Shown: one piece after another, positions 1 through 8,729 of the stretch
Position numbering within the stretch: the stretch's first letter is position 1
How the letters are laid out: each line of letters opens with the position of its first letter
From: Alphaproteobacteria bacterium
GTDB taxonomy: Bacteria; Pseudomonadota; Alphaproteobacteria; SHVP01
Direction: 5' to 3'
Assembly: GCA_038148335.1 (NCBI GenBank)
Contig: JAYQVF010000004.1
Span: 1-50,364 of the forward strand
Length of the DNA stretch: 50,364 nucleotides
Made by a program: the position numbers and the translations under genes
Notes under the pieces: model-generated
Database searches by the model: none
The model's input: the letters and a program-made list of their open reading frames with translations, nothing else
What the model was told of the DNA's origin: nothing

Positions 1-114
1 GTACCTAACCTGTTCTTTGTCGAGCTGACCGACCTCACCGGTCTCCACAAGCGCGTCAAGGGCTTCGATAACGTCATTCAACGGTTCAACTTCCACGAGA
101 TCACGCTGAACTAA
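1..114 (+). CDS. 3' end of probable ABC transporter substrate-binding protein (DppA/OppA-like family 5), partial
   Basis: Frame 1 reads VPNLFFVELTDLTGLHKRVKGFDNVIQRFNFHEITLN* (TAA at 112-114), resembling the C-terminus of family-5 binding proteins; a terminator follows. Only 37 aa are visible. Confidence 0.5.
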   Translation, partial: VPNLFFVELTDLTGLHKRVKGFDNVIQRFNFHEITLN

Positions 115-135
115 CGAAGCGACACGAGCGAAACG

Positions 136-165
136 GGGCCGCAGGCATCGCCTGCGGCCCTTTTT
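136..165 (+). terminator. Rho-independent terminator
   Basis: Perfect 11-bp stem GGGCCGCAGGC-atc-GCCTGCGGCCC followed by TTTTT. Confidence 0.85.
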
Positions 166-214
166 CTTGCGCCCTAGACGAAAGGTAGGAGGCGTCAGGT
201 TCGGGCCTTGAGAC

Positions 215-895
215 TCATGGGCCTTCCGACCATTCCGCCAATTCGTAGGTCGAATCGTAGATCGGGTAAGCGATCTTGATCGGCAGAATGTCGGGTCCGA
301 CGCACCACAGTTCCTCGTTGGCCGGATGCGGGTCGCCCAGGATGAAGGCGAAATGATCGGCTTCGAACGTGCCGGCGGGAACGGTCACGGTCTCAACGCC
401 GTAGTACTCGATGGTCAGGTCGTGGCACGCCAGCATCGGCCCAGACCCGCCGTCGGGCTGCGGCGAGGACAGCATGATGTTCTTCATCGTCTGGCGTCTT
501 GGCCCGTTCTTGTCGAACTGCGACAGGTGCCACATGTCGCAGATGATCGGATGGGCTCCAAACGACGGTAGCCGGTGGCCGATGTCGATCCGCTGGCGCA
601 AGCGGCCTTCGTTCCTGGTGAACGCCTCGCATTCGGCGCCCTCATCGTCAAAGCGAAACCACGCGGTGCCGACGAAGCGGTCCTTCATGGTTAGCCGCAC
701 AAAGCAGTCCAGCGGCTCCCACTGCGGCCCCACGTTGTAGGTGACGTCGCGCAGCAGGTCGTGATCGTCCATTTCGCACATGGCGCGAAAGCCGCGGCTG
801 CCGTCGGTGTGCTTGGTGACGGTGAACCACTCGCGGCCGGTTTCCTCGCCGTGCCGCAGGTAGAGAATCTTGCCGCGTGTCGTGGTGTGTTGCAT
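215..895 (-). CDS. hypothetical protein (C-terminal ETVTVPAGTF motif, DUF3108-like)
   Basis: 226-aa ORF with normal composition, 7 bp downstream of the M24 gene on the same strand. Confidence 0.7.
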   Translation of the reverse strand: MQHTTTRGKILYLRHGEETGREWFTVTKHTDGSRGFRAMCEMDDHDLLRDVTYNVGPQWEPLDCFVRLTMKDRFVGTAWFRFDDEGAECEAFTRNEGRLRQRIDIGHRLPSFGAHPIICDMWHLSQFDKNGPRRQTMKNIMLSSPQPDGGSGPMLACHDLTIEYYGVETVTVPAGTFEADHFAFILGDPHPANEELWCVGPDILPIKIAYPIYDSTYELAEWSEGP

Positions 896-902
896 GGCGC
901 CC

Positions 903-2144
903 TCACAGAACCCGGAGTTCGGTCTTCAGACTCGTCAGCGGTTCGAATCCGTCCTTGGTCACGCGCAGGGTATCTTCGATGTGCATCGAGCCCCAGCCGT
1001 ATTCCTGGTAGGGCATGTCAAAATTCAGCACCATGTCCTCCTCGATCGTGAAATCGGCTGCCGCGCCGAGACCGTCCGGGCCGATCGGGATCGGGTGATC
1101 GGTGTGCTCCAGGCCGACGGTGTGGGCCACGCAGTGATTGAAGCTGGGAAAGCCTTCCCGGTGCATCACGCCCATCACGTGTTTGACGACGTCGGAGCCC
1201 TTGATGCCCGGTTTCAGCATGTCGCATGCGGCCTGCCAGCCGATTTGCATGGCGCGGTCGCGCTTGAGCGTTTCCTTGTCGGGCTCGCCGATAAAAATCG
1301 TGCGGCCGAGGTCGCCATGGTAGTGCCGGTAGGTGCCCAGGGCGTCGACAAGAAACGGCTCACCTTTGACGACCTTGCCGTGGCGCATCCCGGGCACCAT
1401 GCCGAAGAGGATGTAGATACCTTCGCCGTCGTGCTCGGCGAGATCGACCTTGTACAGGCGCTCGAGATCGATGGCGGTGGCGCCCTCGGTGATCGCGGAG
1501 ATGACCCGTTCCACGGCGTGCTCGTTGCGCGTTGCGGCTTCGCGCAGCAGGGCAATCTCGTCCGGGCTTTTCACCATCCGGATTTCGCGAAACACGTTGG
1601 TGGCGTCGATCCCGGTAAGGTCCTCAAGCCCGAGCGCTTTGAGCCATGTGATCAGTCGTGGGTCGTCGGTGCCGAGGTGGCCCCCGGCAAGGCCTGCGTC
1701 GGTCAGGGCGCGTTTCAATCCGAGTGCTGGTGTGCGTTCCAGGTAGTCGACTCGCGACCGCGCCGCCGAGACCCATTGCTTTTCGCGGTCGCTCAGGTGC
1801 GCTTCGTCGCCGATCAGGAAGACGCTCAGCGGGTCAAGCTTGTCTTCGCCCGCGGCACCGACGTTGGCGGCCGTCGGCGAGGCGCGGCCGGTAACCCCGA
1901 CGACGTTTTCGATCCACGTACCTTCCTCGGCAAGGCGGCCGTTCTCCGTCATTCCCATCACCAGCGCTGCCGGTGCATCCACGGTGCGCGGCAGCACGGC
2001 GAAGGTCGTGAACGACCGCTCGACCATGAGCGTGTGCGACCAGAAATCGGTCAGGTAGTAGATGTTCTGGCGGGTCGCCGCGATCAGGCCATCAAGGCCA
2101 TGTCGATCCATGACGGCGTAGGCGCGGGCCTTGTTGAGCAGCAT
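903..2144 (-). CDS. Xaa-Pro peptidase / creatinase family (M24) protein
   Basis: Creatinase-like N-domain (MDRHGLDGLIA..NIYYLT), RMVKSPDEI, D..YHGDLGRT, HTVGLEH, HIEDTL; start moved to ATG 2144 (MLLNKARA). Confidence 0.85.
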   Translation of the reverse strand: MLLNKARAYAVMDRHGLDGLIAATRQNIYYLTDFWSHTLMVERSFTTFAVLPRTVDAPAALVMGMTENGRLAEEGTWIENVVGVTGRASPTAANVGAAGEDKLDPLSVFLIGDEAHLSDREKQWVSAARSRVDYLERTPALGLKRALTDAGLAGGHLGTDDPRLITWLKALGLEDLTGIDATNVFREIRMVKSPDEIALLREAATRNEHAVERVISAITEGATAIDLERLYKVDLAEHDGEGIYILFGMVPGMRHGKVVKGEPFLVDALGTYRHYHGDLGRTIFIGEPDKETLKRDRAMQIGWQAACDMLKPGIKGSDVVKHVMGVMHREGFPSFNHCVAHTVGLEHTDHPIPIGPDGLGAAADFTIEEDMVLNFDMPYQEYGWGSMHIEDTLRVTKDGFEPLTSLKTELRVL

Positions 2145-2340
2145 GGGCGGGCCTTTGTGAGCGGGAGGCAGGCGAAACCAAGTGTCGCGCGGCGCTGCGG
2201 AAGGGGCAACTCTTGATCGGTCTCGGGTCCATCGATCAAGAAGCGCCCCCGGTGTGATGCCGCACACTTCGGTGCCTGACGGCTCGTGATTTCATGCCGC
2301 CCTAGTGTTTTGCGTTCCTGCACACCCTATATTCCGTGTC

Positions 2341-2817
2341 GTGAAGTACCTCGTTGCTCTGTTGATCGCCGGGTACGCGTTTCTCGCGACCCCGGTTCTG
2401 GCCCAGATCGCCGGACCTGCCGTCGTGCAGCCCGATGCGTCTCTGATCGTGAACGGCCGTCGCTACGTCCTTGCGGATATCGAGATCATTCCTGGTGGCC
2501 GCATATGCGACACCCGGGTTTCGCCGCCCGTCTGCGGGTCACCCGCCTATGTCGCGTTGCGCCAAAAAGTTCAGCTCTTCGTCTATTGCCGCCTCAGGGT
2601 TGACCTGCCCGATCCCGATGCCGCGGAATGCCGGCACTTCGGGCAGTATCCGACCGGCGGCGAGGATCTCGGCGCCTATCTCATCGAGCGGGGTTGGGCA
2701 AAGGCCACCCCGACCGCGCCGCCCCTCTATCATACGTTTGAGACCATAGCGCGCTCCCAGGGCCGCGGCGCGTGGGGAACGCGAATCGGCGAGCTGATCA
2801 CGCCGCCGCGCAACTAG
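2341..2817 (+). CDS. secreted thermonuclease (SNase)-like protein, catalytic motifs degenerate
   Basis: Signal peptide MKYLVALLIAGYAFLATPVLAQ from GTG 2341; DLGAYLIERGWA and E..AR..GRGAW resemble the SNase/YncB C-terminal half. Confidence 0.65.
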   Translation: MKYLVALLIAGYAFLATPVLAQIAGPAVVQPDASLIVNGRRYVLADIEIIPGGRICDTRVSPPVCGSPAYVALRQKVQLFVYCRLRVDLPDPDAAECRHFGQYPTGGEDLGAYLIERGWAKATPTAPPLYHTFETIARSQGRGAWGTRIGELITPPRN

Positions 2818-2871
2818 CCGTCTTGCCCCAAAGAGCCCGGCGTGCGAGGAAAACCGGGAAGGGAGTCTGCC

Positions 2872-3888
2872 ATGGACATGTCCTATCGACGGCTCGGCGC
2901 GAGCGGGCTGCTCGTTTCGCCGCTTTGTCTCGGCACAATGATGTTCGGTGCCCAGACGGACCAGGCCGAAGCGTCACGTATCGTCGACCGCGCGCGCGAT
3001 GTCGGGATCAACTTCCTCGATACCGCCAACGTCTACAACCGGGGTGATTCTGAGCGGGTCACCGGCCAGCTCATCGGTCCCAAGCGCGATGCCTGGGTGT
3101 TGGCGACCAAGCTCGCCAATCCCTTTGGCCGCGGACCGAACCAGCGGGGTTCGGGGCGCAAGGCAGTGCTCAAGGCCGTCGACGACAGCCTCCGGAGGCT
3201 CGCCACCGACTACGTCGACATCCTGTACCTTCATGTCGACGACTACGAGACGCCGTTGGACGAAACCGTTGGCGCGCTCGCGCAGGTCATCGCTCAGGGC
3301 AAGGTCCTCTATCTCGGTGTTTCAAACTTTCCCTCCTGGCGCATCGCCGAGATCGTGCATGTTTGCGCCGATGCCGGAATTCAGCCGCCGATCGTGTGCC
3401 AGCCCAACTACAACGCGGTCAGCCGGTCCGCTGAACTGGAGGTCTTGCCGGCGTGCGGCCACTTCGGTCTGGGGGTCGCGAACTATTCACCGCTGGCGCG
3501 CGGCATTCTGTCGGGCAAGTATAGTAGTGGCGCGAAACCCGATCCAAATTCACGCGCCGGCCGCAACGACCCGCGGATGATGGAATCCGAATGGCGGCCC
3601 GAATCTCTTGCCATTGCGGCAAAGCTGGTCGAACGCGCGCGCCAGCGCGGCATGACGCCAGTTCAATTTGCCATTCTTTGGTGTCTGAACAACGCGCTGG
3701 TTACGTCGGTGATTGCCGGGCCGCGGACACTCGCACAATGGGACGACTACCTCGGGATCGCGGAACTCGACTGGCACCCCGAAGACGAGGCCTTCGTCGA
3801 TTCGCTGGTGGCGCGGGGCGCAATGTCGACTCCCGGGTTCGTCGATCCCAAGTATCCGGTAAGCGGGCGGGTGCCGCTGGCCGGCTAG
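2872..3888 (+). CDS. aldo/keto reductase
   Basis: LGASGLLVSPLCLGTMMFG, FLDTANVY, SLRRLATDYVDILYLH, YLGVSNF, YSPLARG. Confidence 0.92.
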   Translation: MDMSYRRLGASGLLVSPLCLGTMMFGAQTDQAEASRIVDRARDVGINFLDTANVYNRGDSERVTGQLIGPKRDAWVLATKLANPFGRGPNQRGSGRKAVLKAVDDSLRRLATDYVDILYLHVDDYETPLDETVGALAQVIAQGKVLYLGVSNFPSWRIAEIVHVCADAGIQPPIVCQPNYNAVSRSAELEVLPACGHFGLGVANYSPLARGILSGKYSSGAKPDPNSRAGRNDPRMMESEWRPESLAIAAKLVERARQRGMTPVQFAILWCLNNALVTSVIAGPRTLAQWDDYLGIAELDWHPEDEAFVDSLVARGAMSTPGFVDPKYPVSGRVPLAG

Positions 3889-5477
3889 GTGACGACGCTG
3901 AAACGCTCGGCGCTGGCCGACGCCCAGTAGGTGCGAAAATCCTTGTGGTCGGTGCCGGCCAGGAGTTCCCCTTCCTGGAGGTGGGGGTAGGCCTCGCTCG
4001 CCGGCTTTACTTCGCCGCTCTTCTGGCGCACCTGCAGCATCCAGGGTTTGACCTCGGCTGGGTTGGAAAGACCGGCCGCGGCCACGACCTCGGCTAACGC
4101 CTTCAGGGTGTTCTCGTGGAAGGTCTTGACCCGCAGGGCCTTGTCTTCGACGACCAGCGCCCGCTGGCGGATCGGATCCTGGGTCGCGATACCGACGGGG
4201 CAGCGGTTGGTGTGACACGCCTGGGCCTGGATGCAACCCAGCGCGAACATGAAGCCCCGGGCGGAGTTGCACCAGTCGGCGCCCAGTCCCATGGCCCAAA
4301 CGATATCGAACGCACTGATCACCTTGCCCGCAGCGCCGATCCTGACTCTGTCCCGCAGTCCCGCGCCGACGAGCGCATTGCGGACGAAGGTCAATCCCTC
4401 GTGCAGCGGCGTGCCGACGCGGTTGATGAACTCCAATGGCGCTGCGCCGGTGCCCCCCTCCTTGCCGTCGACGACGACATAGTCGGGAAGGATTTCCGTC
4501 TCGAGCATCGCCTTGACGATCCCGAGGAATTCCCAAGGGTGACCGACGCACAACTTGAAGCCGACGGGTTTGCCGCCGGACAGCTCGCGCAGCTGCTGCA
4601 GGAAATGGAGAAACTCGATCGGCGTGGAGAATGCCGAGTGACCGGCGGGCGAGATGCAGGTTTTCCCCACCGGAATCCCCCGCGCCTCGGAGATCTCCTG
4701 CGTCACCTTGGCGGCCGGCAGGACGCCACCGTGGCCCGGTTTGGCGCCCTGCGACAGCTTCACTTCGATCATCTTGACTTGGTCGGATGCCGCCTGCTCG
4801 GCAAACCGCCCGGGGTCGAAGGTGCCGTCGGCATTACGACAGCCGAAGTAGCCTGAGGCGATCTGCCAGATCAGGTCGCCGCCGAATTCGCGGTGATAGC
4901 GGCTGATCGAGCCCTCGCCGGTGTCCTGGGCGAAATTGCCCATGCTGGCGCCCTTGTTGATCGCGCGAATGGCATTGGCGCCAAGCGATCCGAAGCTCAT
5001 TGCCGACACGTTGTAGATCGACGCGAGGTAGGGCTTGGCGCTGCTCGGCCCGCCGAGGGTTACCCGGAAGTCGTGGTCCGGACGATGCTTGGGCTGGATC
5101 GAGTGAGTGAGCCACGAGTAGCCTGCGTCGTAGACATTGAGCTCGGTGCCGAACGGCACCGAATCGACCTGATTCTTGGCGCGCTGGTACACGAGCGACC
5201 GCTGCTCGCGGCTGAACGGCACCGCATCGAGGTCGCTTTCCACAAGGTATTGCCTGATTTCGGGCCGGATGCCTTCGAACAGCCAGCGCAGGTGACCGAT
5301 GATCGGATAGTTGCGCAGCAGGCTGTGCCGGCGCTGGGCCAGGTCCCACAGCCCCAGGAGGAACAACGCGCCAAAGATGGCGGGCGCGATCCAGACCCAT
5401 GAAATGGTGAGGGCGGCGGCGAGGATGGACGCCAGCGTCAGCAGCGCGACCAGGAAGAATGCGATGTAGCGGCTCAT
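3885..5477 (-). CDS. FMN-binding glutamate synthase family protein with N-terminal membrane anchor
   Basis: SAMSFGSL, DTGEG, EVKLSQGAKPGHGG, CIQAQACHTNRCPVGIATQDP Fe-S motif. Confidence 0.92.
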   Translation of the reverse strand: MSRYIAFFLVALLTLASILAAALTISWVWIAPAIFGALFLLGLWDLAQRRHSLLRNYPIIGHLRWLFEGIRPEIRQYLVESDLDAVPFSREQRSLVYQRAKNQVDSVPFGTELNVYDAGYSWLTHSIQPKHRPDHDFRVTLGGPSSAKPYLASIYNVSAMSFGSLGANAIRAINKGASMGNFAQDTGEGSISRYHREFGGDLIWQIASGYFGCRNADGTFDPGRFAEQAASDQVKMIEVKLSQGAKPGHGGVLPAAKVTQEISEARGIPVGKTCISPAGHSAFSTPIEFLHFLQQLRELSGGKPVGFKLCVGHPWEFLGIVKAMLETEILPDYVVVDGKEGGTGAAPLEFINRVGTPLHEGLTFVRNALVGAGLRDRVRIGAAGKVISAFDIVWAMGLGADWCNSARGFMFALGCIQAQACHTNRCPVGIATQDPIRQRALVVEDKALRVKTFHENTLKALAEVVAAAGLSNPAEVKPWMLQVRQKSGEVKPASEAYPHLQEGELLAGTDHKDFRTYWASASAERFSVVT

Positions 5478-5487
5478 GCGCTGTTTC

Positions 5488-6279
5488 CTAAAGGTTCAGG
5501 TTGCCGGTGAGTACTGTTACGGCCTTGCCGCCGAGTTGGACGCGGTCGCCGCGCGCTGCGACTCGCAATTCGCCGCCGCGCGCCGAAGCCTGATAGGCCA
5601 GCATTTCCGACTTGCCGAGTCGCGCCGCCCAGAAGGGCGTGAGAACGCAATGGGCGGAGCCGGTGACGGGATCCTCGTCGATGCGATGGACCGGCGCAAA
5701 AAAACGGGAGACGAAGTCGTACCTGCCGTCGCCAGGCGCGGTCACCAGCACGCCGCGTTCGGCGAACGGTAGCAGGTCGTGGAACCGCGGCTTTAAGTTT
5801 CGCACCGTCGCCGCATCGGCGAATTCGACCACCAGGTCCCAGGTGCTTTGCCATACGGCCGCGGGCGCGACGCCGAGGGCTTCCGCGAGCCCCGCCGGCT
5901 CCTTCGCCGGCGCAGTAGGCAGGGCCGGAAAGTCCATCAGGATCCAGTTCCCGTCTCGAATGCAGGTGAGCAGTCCCGACCGTGTATGAAACCGCGCGGA
6001 CTCGGCTGTATCGAGCAGGCGTTGATCCCAAAGGAAATGGGCGCTGGCCAGCGTCGCGTGTCCGCACAGGTCGACCTCGGCGCCCGGCGTGAACCAGCGG
6101 AGGGACCAGTCGCCGTCGCCGCGGCGAAACAGGAACGCCGTCTCCGACAGATTCATTTCGCGAGCCACGCTCTGCATCCAGTCCCGGTCCGCTTCGCCGT
6201 CGAGCAGGCACACCGCGGCCGGATTGCCGCCGAACGGTGTGTCGGTGAAGGCGTCGATCTGGTGCAGGGTCAGTGTCAT
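5488..6279 (-). CDS. PhzF family isomerase
   Basis: DAFT..FGGNPAAV, NLSETAF, EVDLCGHATLA, EDPVTGSAH. Confidence 0.93.
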   Translation of the reverse strand: MTLTLHQIDAFTDTPFGGNPAAVCLLDGEADRDWMQSVAREMNLSETAFLFRRGDGDWSLRWFTPGAEVDLCGHATLASAHFLWDQRLLDTAESARFHTRSGLLTCIRDGNWILMDFPALPTAPAKEPAGLAEALGVAPAAVWQSTWDLVVEFADAATVRNLKPRFHDLLPFAERGVLVTAPGDGRYDFVSRFFAPVHRIDEDPVTGSAHCVLTPFWAARLGKSEMLAYQASARGGELRVAARGDRVQLGGKAVTVLTGNLNL

Positions 6280-6294
6280 TTGCGGCCTTCCTCG

Positions 6295-6873
6295 CTACCG
6301 GGTTGGGGCCTCGTCCTCCAGTTGGTCGACGTCCTCGGCATCGACGACGTCGCGCGCCACATCGTAATCGAAACCGGCGCGCGCCAAAGCGGCGAGATCC
6401 TTCGCCCTGAAATCCGCGCGCGCGGCGGACCGGTACGGTCCAAGTCGCCGCCGCCGGGCGTAGCGGATAGCGGCCCGGCGGTCGGGCGCGGGCTGCTCCG
6501 CTTCGAGTCGTGACAGCGTCCGATCAATTGTGTCGGGATCGACACCCTTCTTCATCAGTTCGAGCTTCATAATGCGTTGCGAACGGCCCTGGCGAAACAT
6601 CGATCGCACCCGGCCCTCGGCATAGATGGCGTCGTCGAGCAGCCCGCTGCCGGCGAAACTCGCGATGATCTCCTCGATCCAACGCTCGGCGGCCTCGCGA
6701 TCAGTATCGTGGAAACGTTCGGCGCGCAGGACGCGCCGGCGCAGGACCTCACGCAGGTTGGCGGACGATGACGCATAGCGTTCGAGATAATGCAGCGCGG
6801 CGTTGCGCAGCGACTCCGGCGTCACCTTGCGCGGCGTTCGACGTCCTTTGCCTGGATTCTTGGAGTCGGTCAT
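6295..6873 (-). CDS. recX: regulatory protein RecX
   Basis: AALHYLERYASS..LR.VL.R, GLLDDAIYA, L..KGV, ARRRRLGPYR, LAALARAGF. Confidence 0.88.
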   Translation of the reverse strand: MTDSKNPGKGRRTPRKVTPESLRNAALHYLERYASSSANLREVLRRRVLRAERFHDTDREAAERWIEEIIASFAGSGLLDDAIYAEGRVRSMFRQGRSQRIMKLELMKKGVDPDTIDRTLSRLEAEQPAPDRRAAIRYARRRRLGPYRSAARADFRAKDLAALARAGFDYDVARDVVDAEDVDQLEDEAPTR

Positions 6874-6874
6874 G

Positions 6875-6905
6875 AAAAGAAAAGGCCCGACGCGCGCGCC
6901 GGGCC
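6875..6905 (-). terminator. Rho-independent terminator directly upstream of the recX start codon
   Basis: Minus strand GGCCCGGCGCGCGCGTCGGGCC hairpin followed by TTTTCTTTT. Confidence 0.75.
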
Positions 6906-6934
6906 CAGCTCTCTGAGATGCGATGCGGTGTCTG

Positions 6935-7171
6935 TCAGGCGCCGCGCTTGGTAAAGAGGTAAAGGATGATCGCCAGGGCGATCAAGCCGACGAGACCATT
7001 GGCGCCGAGATCGGCGATCAGGCCGGTCAGGTTGCCGACGATATCGCCGGGCAGGAACGGTGCCGGCGTGTCGAACAGGATCTGAATGACGATGCCGAGC
7101 GCAATCAATCCGATCCCGATTTCAGTAATCCGGTAAATCCAGTTCTTGAGTTTGTCCATCCAGTCTGGCAT
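6935..7171 (-). CDS. small hypothetical membrane protein (2 TM segments)
   Basis: 78 aa with two hydrophobic segments, G-rich SD, upstream promoter and downstream terminator. Confidence 0.75.
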   Translation of the reverse strand: MPDWMDKLKNWIYRITEIGIGLIALGIVIQILFDTPAPFLPGDIVGNLTGLIADLGANGLVGLIALAIILYLFTKRGA

Positions 7172-7279
7172 TTGCCCCCCCTCTGGGCTAAGTCCCCGTA
7201 AGTCGTCTTGCAGCCGTTATTTGGGCGATTACTGGCGATGTGCGTTCCCGAAGGAACTACAGGGTGAATGGCTGGCTGG

Positions 7280-7309
7280 ATGGTAGGCAGGGCCCCGAAC
7301 GGGAGTCAA
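7280..7309 (-). promoter_or_regulatory. sigma70-type promoter for the small membrane protein gene
   Basis: Minus strand TTGACT-N18-TACCAT. Confidence 0.6.
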
Positions 7310-7340
7310 CAACACACCCCTACATGTAGAGGTGTGTTGT
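7309..7340. promoter_or_regulatory. 32-bp near-perfect palindrome with NrdR-box-like core (CTACATGTAG)
   Basis: ACAACACACC-cCTACATGTAGa-GGTGTGTTGT with one mismatched pair; abuts the -35 element. Confidence 0.6.
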
Positions 7341-7359
7341 GCGCTGAACCCCAAAATCA

Positions 7360-7368
7360 TGTGGATAA
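7360..7368. promoter_or_regulatory. consensus DnaA box
   Basis: TGTGGATAA, the reverse complement of TTATCCACA; single copy. Confidence 0.4.
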
Positions 7369-7444
7369 CTCGGATATCGAGACCTTGCGGTGAGTGGACG
7401 TCCGGTGTGATCCTATTGCCGGCCTTTATTGATGGAACAAGCTA

Positions 7445-7846
7445 ATGGCGGACGAAGAGGCGGTACTGGCGGCCAACCAGGCGTTCTACGACGCCTTCGG
7501 CTCGGGCGACGCGGCCGCGATGGACGCGCTGTGGGCCCGCCACGCGCCGGTCGCCTGTACACATCCGGGCTGGACTGCGATGACCGATCGCGCGCGCATC
7601 ATCGAAAGCTGGTCGGCCATCCTTGAAGGCGCCAGCGGCCAGGTCAGCTGCCTGGAGCCGCAGGCACATATCGTCGGCGATGTCGCTTTCGTCACCTGCA
7701 ACGAAGCGGTCGGCGACAACCTGCTGGCCGCGACCAACCTCTTCGTGCGCGAGGGCGGAGCGTGGCGCGTGGTTCATCACCACGCCTCACCCGTCGCGCG
7801 GGCGTTCGTCAAGGGCGGGCCGCGCCGGGGCGACGCGGTCCACTAG
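7445..7846 (+). CDS. SnoaL/NTF2-like protein
   Basis: VLAANQAFYDAF..GD..AM..LW, CTHPGW, ATNLF, WRVVHHHAS. Confidence 0.88.
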   Translation: MADEEAVLAANQAFYDAFGSGDAAAMDALWARHAPVACTHPGWTAMTDRARIIESWSAILEGASGQVSCLEPQAHIVGDVAFVTCNEAVGDNLLAATNLFVREGGAWRVVHHHASPVARAFVKGGPRRGDAVH

Positions 7847-8710
7847 TCAGGCGGCGCGCACTTTCGCCGAGACGTCGTTCAGTTCCGGTAGGCCGAGGGC
7901 GGCGTTGGTCTCGTCGAGCGACGCCATCTTGTCCAGCCACGATCTCGAATCGCCCGTCTTGCGCAGCATGGTGATGAACTCCGATAGCTGGCGGACCATC
8001 ACGCGGATCATGCTCGAGGGGAAGATGACGATCTTGAAGCCGATCTCTTCGAGTTCGGCCGCAGACATCAGCGGCGTCTTGCCGGTCTCCGACATGTTGA
8101 CCATATGCGGCCCTGGTAGCTCCGTGACCTGGCGCTTCATCTCCTCGGTCGATTCGATCGCATCCATGAACAGGATGTCGGCGCCGGCTTCCTTGTAGAT
8201 CTTCAGGCGCTTCATGGCTTCGTCGAGTCCGAGCGGCGCGCGCGCGTCGGTGCGGGCGATGATCTTGAAATCGGGCGAGGTGCGCGCCGCGACTGCGGCA
8301 CGAATGCGCTCGGCGGCGCGCTCGACCGGCTCGATCACCTTGCCCTCCATGTGGCCGCACTTCTTGGGCCAGGTCTGGTCCTCGAACTGGGCGGCCGAGG
8401 CGCCGATGCTTTCCAGGCCGCGAACGGTACGCATTACGTTGGCGACGTCGCCGTATCCGGTGTCGCAGTCGACGATCAACGGGATATTCGTGACGGCGCG
8501 GATGGCGCGGACGTTGGCGGCCACCTCGTTGTAGGCGATGAGCCCGACGTCAGGCACGCCGTAGACGGCCGCGGCCGTCGCATAGCCGGAAACGTAGCCC
8601 GCCTCGAAACCGGCGATTTCAGCCAACCTCAGCTCGAGCGGGGTGCCGCCGCCGGGTACCACCACGATCCCGTCTCCGGCCAGCAATTGTGAAAGTGTTT
8701 TGGTGCTCAT
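7847..8710 (-). CDS. isocitrate lyase/PEP mutase family lyase (methylisocitrate/dimethylmalate lyase-like)
   Basis: VDCDTGYG, EDQTWPKKCGH, IIARTDAR. Confidence 0.9.
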   Translation of the reverse strand: MSTKTLSQLLAGDGIVVVPGGGTPLELRLAEIAGFEAGYVSGYATAAAVYGVPDVGLIAYNEVAANVRAIRAVTNIPLIVDCDTGYGDVANVMRTVRGLESIGASAAQFEDQTWPKKCGHMEGKVIEPVERAAERIRAAVAARTSPDFKIIARTDARAPLGLDEAMKRLKIYKEAGADILFMDAIESTEEMKRQVTELPGPHMVNMSETGKTPLMSAAELEEIGFKIVIFPSSMIRVMVRQLSEFITMLRKTGDSRSWLDKMASLDETNAALGLPELNDVSAKVRAA

Positions 8711-8729
8711 TCTTTTCGTTGCCTCTCGG

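Noticed and set aside
7300-7400. Replication origin suggested by the DnaA box
   Set aside because: Single box, no AT-rich unwinding element, and no dnaA, hemE or parAB context.
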